A DNA stretch of 64,000 nucleotides from a virus (lineage: Duplodnaviria > Caudoviricetes). How positions within the stretch are numbered: the stretch's first letter is position 1; each line of letters opens with the position of its first letter. A model generated the notes under the pieces. That model had not been told where the DNA came from. It made no database searches and saw only the letters and a program-made list of their open reading frames with translations. The stretch lies in the IMG/VR virus record IMGVR_UViG_3300044551_000092, positions 64,001-128,000 of that record; one strand, written 5' to 3'. This document shows, one piece after another, positions 1 to 6,983 of the stretch. The position numbers were made by a program, and so were the translations under genes.

Positions 1-27
1 TTTCATCGCTTTATATTCTGGATTTTT

Positions 28-51
28 ACCGGTTCGACTCCGGCATCCCTG
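28..51 (+). tRNA. 3' end (T-arm and acceptor strand) of a tRNA or tRNA-like RNA cut by the window edge
   Basis: ccgg-TTCGACT-ccgg T-arm followed by atccctg; the 5' part is not visible. Confidence 0.45.
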
Positions 52-98
52 CTTAGCATTAAAGTAAACACAATGAAATACAAGGAGAGGAATAGGCA

Positions 99-638
99 AT
101 GATAACTAGGCAACTGAGCAAAGGCACTGTAGCGGTAAACGGTAAAGGCTTCGGTCTCGGTAAAGGCAAACGCATAACTGCATATGGGAGTATGAGTAAG
201 AACCTCATGTACTATTTGTTTGATTTAGGACAGTTAATAATTGACAGTAAGGACAAATTGAAAGTGTTTAAGAATGAGATTGGCAATATCATGAGGAAAC
301 ATGAAGAAAATATGGATAAGGTAAACTTTGAAAATAGCAATGATGAAAAACTCGCTACTCTTCATGAATTGGGATTAGACCTTTTTCTGTTTAGATATAA
401 TAACGAGAAAGATATATATACTTATTTTAAAAATACTAAAGAAAGAAAAATATCGCATGAGACAGTGTTAGAAGATGTAGCAGAATTATTAAATTTCATG
501 TTTCATGGCGATGAAACCACAGTGTGCGGTTTTCTGCAACGCGCTTATAGAGTCGCTGATATTGAATATCAAGCGCATTATGGAAAAAGGAATAAAATTA
601 GTAATTATACGGCAACGGGTAAAATAGAACTCTCATAA
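99..638 (+). CDS. hypothetical protein (179 aa) inside the tRNA island
   Basis: Strong RBS aggagagg; no recognisable motif. Confidence 0.7.
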   Translation: MITRQLSKGTVAVNGKGFGLGKGKRITAYGSMSKNLMYYLFDLGQLIIDSKDKLKVFKNEIGNIMRKHEENMDKVNFENSNDEKLATLHELGLDLFLFRYNNEKDIYTYFKNTKERKISHETVLEDVAELLNFMFHGDETTVCGFLQRAYRVADIEYQAHYGKRNKISNYTATGKIELS

Positions 639-646
639 GAATGTTT

Positions 647-732
647 GCCGGTGTGATGGAATGGGTAGACATACTGGACTTAAAATCCAGGGGCAGGTTT
701 CTGCCGTGCGGGTTCGACTCCCGCCACCGGTA
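647..732 (+). tRNA. tRNA-Leu(UAA)
   Basis: Acceptor gccggtg/caccggt, anticodon arm ctgga-ctTAAaa-tccag, long variable arm, T-loop TTCGACT; no encoded CCA. Confidence 0.95.
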
Positions 733-830
733 TTAGCCTCCATTTTTTGGTTCACCTGCCGGGAGGTTTATGTCAAATGCAAATATATTTTTCGTGTCGC
801 TGTATCTTGTGGAGCAAAACTCCACATAAT

Positions 831-902
831 TGAGGACTAGCTTAATGGTAAAGCGGTCGGCTGTTAACCGAATGAGTGCAGGTTCGATCCCTGTGTCCTC
901 AG
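831..902 (+). tRNA. tRNA-Asn(GUU)
   Basis: Acceptor tgaggac/gtcctca, tcgg-ctGTTaa-ccga, T-loop TTCGATC. Confidence 0.93.
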
Positions 903-924
903 CTATTGAACTTTGAAAATTAAA

Positions 925-1428
925 AAGTCGTATCTAGTAAAAATGCGGTGGCTGAATAATCCTATGGCAAGGATAAGGCACTGTCTATCATGACTTGGTA
1001 AAGTGGGTACAAACCATGACGGTGTCTCACAACTGAGTTTGAGTCCTAGTAAGGGCAACGACAGATAGGTGCTGATCGCTGGGAAGCAAAAGGCAGGCCA
1101 GCTGCTCGTTAGTGAAGCCGACTGGGGCTATGATGGTCGTCCCGGAAAGAACCATCTAAAACTATGCGTGTAGTTGATGCATGAAAATGCTATAAGAGAT
1201 GCTGGCTGTAAAAGTAGCGCAAATCTACACATAATTATATTTTTCTAAATAACATTCTTCCATGCCGCGTGAAATTTGGTGGTAACCAATCCATCCACAG
1301 CTTGCCAAGTATTGGCGGAGAGGGCGGTCGCTCCCCTTTGAGAGCTAATATTTCTGTGTGGTTGAAAATTGCGCTCAGCGATTCAGTTGGAAGTGGAATC
1401 TTCCTCGTATTTTTAGTAGGTATGACTT
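925..1428 (+). ncRNA. ROOL-like large structured ncRNA (~500 nt)
   Basis: Long closing helix 925-947 with 1406-1428, plus ggctgaat with attcagtt. Motifs recalled from ROOL occur in order: AATCC..TGGCAAGGATAAG, TAGGTGCT, ACTGGGG..GGTCGT..AAGAACC, GAAATTTGGTG..AACCAAT, GGTCGCTCCC. Lies in a phage tRNA island. Confidence 0.78.
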
Positions 1429-1495
1429 GAACACGTCGGCTTTGAAAACCGATAAGCTCTTATGGGCTTCAAGGGTCCGAATCCTTTGCTCTCTG
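1429..1495 (+). pseudogene. 5'-truncated tRNA-Ser(UGA) remnant
   Basis: tcggc-ttTGAaa-accga anticodon arm (C:A mismatch), long variable arm, altered T-loop TCCGAAT, 3' acceptor gctctctg; no adjacent matching 5' acceptor or D-arm. Confidence 0.65.
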
Positions 1496-1500
1496 TATGG

Positions 1501-1573
1501 GGGACATTCGTATAACGGTTTATTACATCTGGTTGTCAGCCAGGGAAAGAGAGTTCAATTCTCTCATGTCCCG
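1501..1573 (+). tRNA. tRNA-Asp(GUC)
   Basis: Acceptor gggacat/atgtccc, tctgg-ttGTCag-ccagg, T-arm gagag-TTCAATT-ctctc. Confidence 0.92.
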
Positions 1574-1621
1574 TTTGTATCTACAAAGTGAGAATAAAAT
1601 TGCAAGAAAGAGGTATTTTTA

Positions 1622-1792
1622 ATGGGGAAATACATTGTCATTGTCACAAATAATTATCATCCGATCAATCTACTTCGCTATGATAATGAATCATTACAAG
1701 AAAAAGCTTATCAGCATTATAAAGAAAAAGGGTATGGCGTCATCAAAGCCGTGATTGAAAAGGCTCATGAATTAAATATTGTTACGGTATGA
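1622..1792 (+). CDS. small hypothetical protein (56 aa, MGKYIVIV...), below the ORF-track cut-off
   Basis: RBS aagaggt, ATG at 1622, TGA at 1790-1792; fills the gap between two tRNAs. Confidence 0.65.
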   Translation: MGKYIVIVTNNYHPINLLRYDNESLQEKAYQHYKEKGYGVIKAVIEKAHELNIVTV

Positions 1793-1802
1793 CTTTTTAA
1801 GA

Positions 1803-1873
1803 TTCCCCGTGGCCAAATGGTAAGGCAACGGTTTTTGGGACCGTGAGTGCTGGTTCGATCCCAACCGGGGAAA
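1803..1873 (+). tRNA. tRNA-Gln(UUG)
   Basis: Acceptor ttccccg/cggggaa, acggt-ttTTGgg-accgt, T-loop TTCGATC. Confidence 0.9.
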
Positions 1874-2021
1874 TAAGACAGTGGTGTAACCTGCAGATAC
1901 TGATTTATACGCGAATACTAGTTAAGTCGGTAGATCGGTTCTAGCAAGTGAGAAGGGTAGCTCCTTTCAATAAGCATAAGTGGCGGATGCCTGGGTTCAG
2001 GTGAAAGTCCTGACTGTCTTA
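1874..2021 (+). ncRNA. tRNA-like RNA with acceptor and T-arm but a ~100-nt structured insert in place of the D and anticodon arms
   Basis: taagacag/ctgtctta closing stem; tcagg-TGAAAGT-cctga T-like arm; internal hairpins tactgattta/taagtcggta and gaagg-gtagct-ccttt. Confidence 0.6.
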
Positions 2022-2025
2022 ATTT

Positions 2026-2098
2026 CAGGATAAAGTGTTACTTGGCTGCACGCCGCGCCTGGGACGCGGTAGTCAGAGTTCAAATCTCTGTGTCCTGA
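2026..2098 (+). tRNA. tRNA-Pro(UGG), atypical (C33, A8)
   Basis: Acceptor caggata/tgtcctg, ccgcg-ccTGGga-cgcgg, T-arm cagag-TTCAAAT-ctctg. Confidence 0.85.
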
Positions 2099-2102
2099 TT
2101 AT

Positions 2103-2175
2103 GCCGGTCTAGCTCAATGGGTAGAGCGCCTGTTTTGTAATCAGGGGGTTGGGGGTTCAAGTCCTCTGACCGGCT
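2103..2175 (+). tRNA. tRNA-Thr(UGU)
   Basis: Acceptor gccggtc/gaccggc, D-arm gctc/gagc, loop ttTGTaa, T-loop TTCAAGT. Confidence 0.93.
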
Positions 2176-2324
2176 TACTGTGATCACAGTATATCCTCTT
2201 ATCTCTGACTGTTTTTCTGGAATGATCCAGCAGCTGGAAGGATAGGTTAAAAGCTTTCTGAGGACAACATAGTCCGATTTGGGGAAATACCGAAGCTACA
2301 GGTGATTAGGTATTTTTCGGATAT

Positions 2325-2407
2325 GGGAGATTCGCATAATCTGGTATTGCAGCGGACTGTAAATCCGCCGCCTTTGGGCATTCGTGGTTCAAATCCATGA
2401 TCTCCCA
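2325..2407 (+). tRNA. tRNA-Tyr(GUA)
   Basis: Acceptor gggagat/atctccc, gcgga-ctGTAaa-tccgc, long variable arm, T-loop TTCAAAT. Confidence 0.94.
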
Positions 2408-2414
2408 CTTTTAT

Positions 2415-2477
2415 GGGAAGACAGAAACTTGATGTGCTATTCAGAGCATATTGCCGGTGTGACTCCGGTTCTTCCCG
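2415..2477 (+). ncRNA. 63-nt D-armless mini-tRNA-like RNA
   Basis: Perfect 7-bp acceptor gggaaga/tcttccc, stem atgtgct-attcag-agcatat, T-arm gccgg-TGTGACT-ccggt, no D stem. Confidence 0.6.
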
Positions 2478-2595
2478 CAGTATTTCCCTCCTTTCTATTT
2501 GTGATGACCTCCAATGCTTGATCACGCTCTGCTCTCTCCCGGCGGAACGTGGTTGATCAGGACAGCACGAGTAAAAATCGGGCACTTTTATAAGT

Positions 2596-2672
2596 GCTGC
2601 CCTGTCAGAACGCAACCATAGAGTTTTCCTTTCTCCCCCATTTTCTTTATGGTTGTTTTCTGACAGGGTAGC
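2596..2672 (+). ncRNA. 28-bp hairpin with a 21-nt pyrimidine-rich (anti-SD-like) loop, candidate sRNA
   Basis: 2596-2623 pairs with 2645-2672 (one mismatch, three G:U); loop ttttcctttctcccccatttt. Confidence 0.5.
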
Positions 2673-2692
2673 TATTTATGAATGTAAGCAGG

Positions 2693-2735
2693 AAAAACGA
2701 GTCTTGATGGCAACATGCATCTTGACTCGTTTTTT
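2693..2735 (+). terminator. intrinsic terminator closing the RNA island (possibly bidirectional)
   Basis: aaaaacgagtc...gactcgtttttt inverted repeat with a T-run. Confidence 0.75.
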
Positions 2736-2777
2736 AATCAGAATTTTAAAATATTTATTTAAAATCATCTTTCCTTC

Positions 2778-2804
2778 TGTATACAATATGATATAATGTA
2801 TACA
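2778..2804 (+). promoter_or_regulatory. sigmaA-type extended -10 promoter of the par operon flanked by two TGTATACA palindromes
   Basis: TG-a-TATAAT at 2789-2797; tgtataca at 2778-2785 and 2797-2804. Confidence 0.55.
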
Positions 2805-2857
2805 TAGTAAATAATCGTTACAAACTATGTCGAAATTTACAGGAGAGTGTCGAACAC

Positions 2858-4039
2858 ATGGTAGAAGGAGCCAAAACAAGAAATGTGACTACTGGTCGCA
2901 AAAAAGTCGGAACATTGCCTATTATTATCGGTCTTGATGTTGGATTTGGGAGTATGAAATACTTATCCAACTTAAAGCCAAAACCAGAAGTTATTCCAAG
3001 TGCAGTAGCCGAGGGAACAGTCAGCAGCAGTCGGCTGTTCAATTATAGTGAAATAGACACGGAACATTTAATTGTAACCACAAATGACGGGACGTATTTT
3101 GTCGGAGATTCAGCAATGTATATGCCGAATGGTGAATCAAAGCGAACAAGGATTCGAGATCGCGCAGCCGATCCGCTTAGCCGAGTCCTGTTTCAAACTG
3201 GCATTGGGCTAAGTGTGCCAGATAAAAGTGGAGAATATGACGTGTACGTTGTGACCGGTCTTCCAAATAACGACTATGAAAAAAAGATAAGAGAAAACCT
3301 TCAAGCCTTTTTAGAGAAATCATTCGAAATCAGCTTTAATTTAAGCAAGGATAATGCAATTACGAAGAAAATTAACGTCAAGGGTGTAGAAATTCTTCGT
3401 CAACCGGAAGGTACGGTAACTTATAATCAGTTCAATTTTGATCCACAGCATTTCTTAGTTGCTAGTGAAAAGGCACAGAACTATTTAGGGGTTATCGACT
3501 TTGGCCACTACACAACCGACTATGCTATGTTCCGTGATGGCGTGATCATAGAGGATAACACAGTAAATAACAGTACGGTTGGTGTAGTTCAAGTCTATGA
3601 TAAATTGCGCAGCAAATTGGAAGTATTTTTCGGTGATATGGGTGTTGAGTTTAAAGCGACTGACCGATCACTGGATGAAGTCATTCGAACCGGAAAAATC
3701 CGTTTTGCGGGTCAAGACCATGATGTCAGTGATCTTGTCCGGGAGGCCTCGGAAGAAGTGGCGGCCATCATTGGGAAGAACATTCTCGAATCATGGGGCA
3801 CTGAAGCCAACTATCTTGACGTGATTATTGCCGCTGGCGGTGGTGCTGAAGTCTTTGGTGAGATTATGAAGAAAATATTTGAAGAGAATAAACGTCAGGG
3901 CTTTGACGTGGTTCAGGCTCCGCAATTTACTAATGTCCTTGGTTTCTATATGTATGGAGTTATCTCAGCCGGAGATCGTGAAGATCAGAAAAAAGTCTAC
4001 GACACCTATGTCAAACCTGTATTTGAAATTGCGGCATAA
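2858..4039 (+). CDS. parM: ParM/StbA-family actin-like segregation ATPase
   Basis: Actin-fold motifs: IGLDVGFGSMK (phosphate 1), VTGLP, QPEG, VIDFGHYTTD (phosphate 2), AGGGA (adenosine), NVLG. Confidence 0.9.
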   Translation: MVEGAKTRNVTTGRKKVGTLPIIIGLDVGFGSMKYLSNLKPKPEVIPSAVAEGTVSSSRLFNYSEIDTEHLIVTTNDGTYFVGDSAMYMPNGESKRTRIRDRAADPLSRVLFQTGIGLSVPDKSGEYDVYVVTGLPNNDYEKKIRENLQAFLEKSFEISFNLSKDNAITKKINVKGVEILRQPEGTVTYNQFNFDPQHFLVASEKAQNYLGVIDFGHYTTDYAMFRDGVIIEDNTVNNSTVGVVQVYDKLRSKLEVFFGDMGVEFKATDRSLDEVIRTGKIRFAGQDHDVSDLVREASEEVAAIIGKNILESWGTEANYLDVIIAAGGGAEVFGEIMKKIFEENKRQGFDVVQAPQFTNVLGFYMYGVISAGDREDQKKVYDTYVKPVFEIAA

Positions 4040-4221
4040 TGAAAGACGATTTTCTGCTTCAAGCACGGCTGAGAAAAGATGATATTCTGCTTAAAAAGTA
4101 TTTTTCTAAAATAAAAAAAGGCGACTGGCCCTATGAGATACGACGACTTTTGGAAAAATCCATTAAAACAGAGCAAAAAGAAAAGCAATTATTAGAAAAA
4201 GCAAAAGAAAATCAAGAATAA
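4039..4221 (+). CDS. small basic DNA-binding adaptor, ParR-like (possible ribbon-helix-helix)
   Basis: Coupled to parM (TAATG overlap); LQARLR strand followed by two helices (EIRRLLEKSI). Confidence 0.6.
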   Translation: MKDDFLLQARLRKDDILLKKYFSKIKKGDWPYEIRRLLEKSIKTEQKEKQLLEKAKENQE

Positions 4222-4247
4222 GGCTCAATGTGGGGCCTTATTTTTTT
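4217..4247 (+). terminator. intrinsic terminator after the par operon
   Basis: aataaggctc...gggccttatt followed by a T-run. Confidence 0.75.
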
Positions 4248-4391
4248 ATGGCCTTATTTCTGCTGATGTTGTAATGACAGAATTGCTTGTAAAATTAAAG
4301 TAAGGAGAATACTGGCTACCTCACATAGGACCGCGCGATGGCTTGGAGTGTCAGCCGTATTCTTTTTTAATCAACAAATCCGGGTGATCGT

Positions 4392-5144
4392 ATGGCTAAG
4401 AAAGAAGAAAAAAATGAAATCACCAAAAAGGAAGAAACACCGATTCAAAATATATGGACGAATAATGAGGATGGACAGCAGGCCATTTCAATAGCAATGG
4501 CAATGCGGCATACAAAGATAGGCCTCTATGCGGCCGTCCCAATTATCTGTAAGGAGAATGACTGTCCCTATGCGGAAGGGTGTCCTTTAATGGCTCAGGG
4601 GCTGTCTTTGCGAGGGCAACGCTGTCCCATAGAAATTGCAACGATTGAAGACTTGTTTCAGCGTTATTGCACGGCTCATCAGGTCAACCCAGAAGATCCG
4701 AAAGACGCCGTCGATCTGTTAATGATTAAAGATCTCGTGGACACGGATATAGGGATCCTGCGTTGTGATGAAAAGTTTGCAATCGATGCAGATTACGTAA
4801 TCAACAATACGGTAGGTGTTTCTGAAGACGGCGTGCCACTGACGCGGCAAGAACTTCATCCATTAACGGAATATAGAGAAAAACTGGTTCGGCGGAAAAA
4901 TCACATTTTGACCAATCTAAATTCTACGCGCAAAGCGAAGAATGGATCTAAAGTAACCATTGAAGTCAGCCCTTCGGAAAAGGCTTCGCAGATGTTGAAT
5001 GTCATCGATGACATGAAAAAAATATCCGAAGATGAGAAACGCAAAGAGCTTGAATACAAAAAGAAATATCTGGATGAACCAGATTCAGATAAAGAATTTA
5101 TTGATGTGGACCCTATTGATCTTGGTCCTGAAAAGGAGGAATAA
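4392..5144 (+). CDS. Cys-cluster protein, candidate terminase small subunit
   Basis: First gene of the packaging operon; C-x4-C-x5-C-x11-C possible Zn site; helical, acidic tail. The function call is positional only. Confidence 0.35.
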   Translation: MAKKEEKNEITKKEETPIQNIWTNNEDGQQAISIAMAMRHTKIGLYAAVPIICKENDCPYAEGCPLMAQGLSLRGQRCPIEIATIEDLFQRYCTAHQVNPEDPKDAVDLLMIKDLVDTDIGILRCDEKFAIDADYVINNTVGVSEDGVPLTRQELHPLTEYREKLVRRKNHILTNLNSTRKAKNGSKVTIEVSPSEKASQMLNVIDDMKKISEDEKRKELEYKKKYLDEPDSDKEFIDVDPIDLGPEKEE

Positions 5145-5147
5145 AGT

Positions 5148-5498
5148 ATGGCTTTTATGATGTCTAATCTAGCTATTAATCCCATTCGAGCGATGAAAAG
5201 AACTGCATTGGATGTTGAACGTTCAATGAAAGGCCAGGCGCCGCTGACATATGCGTTTCGCAATGCAAAAGCACAGAATGCCTATCGGAGTACTATTCAA
5301 GGACTGACTGGTGATGAATTATCTAAAGCTCAGAAGGAGTTTGAGTTCGGTCCAGGTTCGTGGAATTATAAACGGATCGCCGGCACCGCCGCTGCAGCTT
5401 ATATGGCGGGTGACAGCTTGTATCGGGGAGCAAGCGGAGGCTCATGGTATCGGAACTCGACGGGTAACAGCGATATTATGGGGGTTCCTTTAATTTAA
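5148..5498 (+). CDS. small Gly/Ala-rich putative membrane or virion protein
   Basis: RBS aaggagg; hydrophobic IAGTAAAAYMAG segment. Confidence 0.65.
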   Translation: MAFMMSNLAINPIRAMKRTALDVERSMKGQAPLTYAFRNAKAQNAYRSTIQGLTGDELSKAQKEFEFGPGSWNYKRIAGTAAAAYMAGDSLYRGASGGSWYRNSTGNSDIMGVPLI

Positions 5499-5522
5499 TT
5501 TTTTTCTAAAGAAGGCGAAGTT

Positions 5523-5918
5523 ATGGCTCGATTTTCACGTTATCTAAAAGGATTTGCTCATGAGATGAGTCCAAAATCCGGATGGGTTCATAAAAGTAAT
5601 ATTCGAAACTTTGATAATCTATATACCGGTTATGAATTTGGCGGTAAAGCTAAAATAACAGCAGCGGTTGCAGGACTGGGTTTTGCTGGTTATCAGTATT
5701 TGAACTCAAATGGTTTTAATGGAGAACTTAATCGTATGACAGCTGAATCTGAAGATGTAAACGCAATGCCTGGGACTTTGGGTGATGCTCAAGGCTATCA
5801 GGCTTATCCTTATTTATCTAAAAATCAATTAGCAGAGCAGGGGTATGCTCCGAAGGGAGATCTTGTCTTTGCCTTGCATAAACTCAGGCACGGAGGTCAA
5901 TTGGTATGGCCACAATAA
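5523..5918 (+). CDS. small Gly/Ala-rich putative membrane or virion protein
   Basis: Hydrophobic ITAAVAGLGFAGYQYL segment. Confidence 0.65.
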   Translation: MARFSRYLKGFAHEMSPKSGWVHKSNIRNFDNLYTGYEFGGKAKITAAVAGLGFAGYQYLNSNGFNGELNRMTAESEDVNAMPGTLGDAQGYQAYPYLSKNQLAEQGYAPKGDLVFALHKLRHGGQLVWPQ

Positions 5919-6409
5919 ATGAAACACAAGGAGAAATTCCATCGCCAAAAACGGCAAAAGGAGTTGCACATAAAGCTAAGTTTCAATTTGGCGCAGGGTC
6001 AGCTGCTTTTTTTGCTTTGGATGCCTACAGTCGAATTAAAGATGGTGAAAGTGTACCACAAGCTCTGGGCTCGTCTTTGCTGACTAACCTTGTGTGGGGG
6101 TTAATACCAGGCGGGTTCGCCGTTAAAGCCGCAGTAATGGGTGGCATGGCGTTAGGAGAGCTTGGCCCGCTTGTCAGCCAAGGAATGACCAGTGCCCGAC
6201 AATCACTAGCCGCTAAAGGTGGAAACTTTCAATCGTCCACGTTTGTTCCTTCGCAAGCGCAATCCGACATGCTTCAGAATGGGTTACAGAATCTGAATAA
6301 TGCCAGAGCGTATATGACGCCTATGCCGGGCGGAAATAACGAATATAACGGCTATGCGCGCTCTCGAATGATGGCCGATCATGCGCGTAATGCACAAAGA
6401 GTCTACTAA
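5906..6409 (+). CDS. Gly/Ala-rich putative membrane protein
   Basis: RBS ggaggt; hydrophobic hairpin LLTNLVWGLIPGGFAVKAAVMGGMALG. Confidence 0.65.
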   Translation: MATINETQGEIPSPKTAKGVAHKAKFQFGAGSAAFFALDAYSRIKDGESVPQALGSSLLTNLVWGLIPGGFAVKAAVMGGMALGELGPLVSQGMTSARQSLAAKGGNFQSSTFVPSQAQSDMLQNGLQNLNNARAYMTPMPGGNNEYNGYARSRMMADHARNAQRVY

Positions 6410-6424
6410 AAGAAGGTGAAAGCG

Positions 6425-6973
6425 ATGGCTGATGTACAAGCAAATGATCCGATTAATCCCATCGTTGCCGGAGGCGTCATTGGTGGAATTGCAGGAATGG
6501 GAACTTCTGGATTAGCAGCTTATGGCACCTATGCGAATTTCAAAGGGATTCCGGATCGTGTGAAGCAAAGGATTGATGACTTAAATAGTCAGAAAGCTAA
6601 TCTTTATGAAAAAAGCGGAAAAAATTTTGATAATTATCAGCAAAATGTTAATCAAAGAGCAAATGATTTTATCCGGAATAATCATACGGCATATGGAGTG
6701 GATGATCGCACGCTTGACCAAAAAGCTCAGGATCTTGGCTATCAGTTAAGATCACGTCGAGCGGGTCACAAACTAAGAAAAATAGATAGAAAACTGGACA
6801 AATACAGTGCACCGAATTATGTAAGTAGGCTTCAAAATAGGCATCTCTGGACAAAGGCACATGGGTGGAGGGGAGCATTAGCGCTGGGGATTGGTGCTAC
6901 AATCGCTGGCGGTGTGCTTGGAATCGGTGTTGCTGATAATGCCAATCCGCAAAATGAAACGATTAATTATTAA
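6425..6973 (+). CDS. glycine-zipper membrane protein (paralogue of the next gene)
   Basis: RBS aaggtg, ATG at 6425; NDPINP motif, GGVIGGIAG and GWRGALALGIGA zippers around a coiled segment. Confidence 0.7.
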   Translation: MADVQANDPINPIVAGGVIGGIAGMGTSGLAAYGTYANFKGIPDRVKQRIDDLNSQKANLYEKSGKNFDNYQQNVNQRANDFIRNNHTAYGVDDRTLDQKAQDLGYQLRSRRAGHKLRKIDRKLDKYSAPNYVSRLQNRHLWTKAHGWRGALALGIGATIAGGVLGIGVADNANPQNETINY

Positions 6974-6983
6974 GGAGGAATCT

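Noticed and set aside
1358-1591. 77-aa ORF
   Set aside because: Overlaps the ncRNA end, the tRNA-Ser remnant and tRNA-Asp; no RBS
1874-2021. tmRNA
   Set aside because: Too short, no G3:U70 alanine identity and no tag reading frame
2258-2290. Possible hammerhead ribozyme (CTGAGGA...GAAA)
   Set aside because: Stem II and the flanking stems do not pair in the required register
2247-2615. 122-aa minus-strand ORF
   Set aside because: Antisense to tRNA-Tyr and structured RNAs; translation is typical of a tRNA shadow
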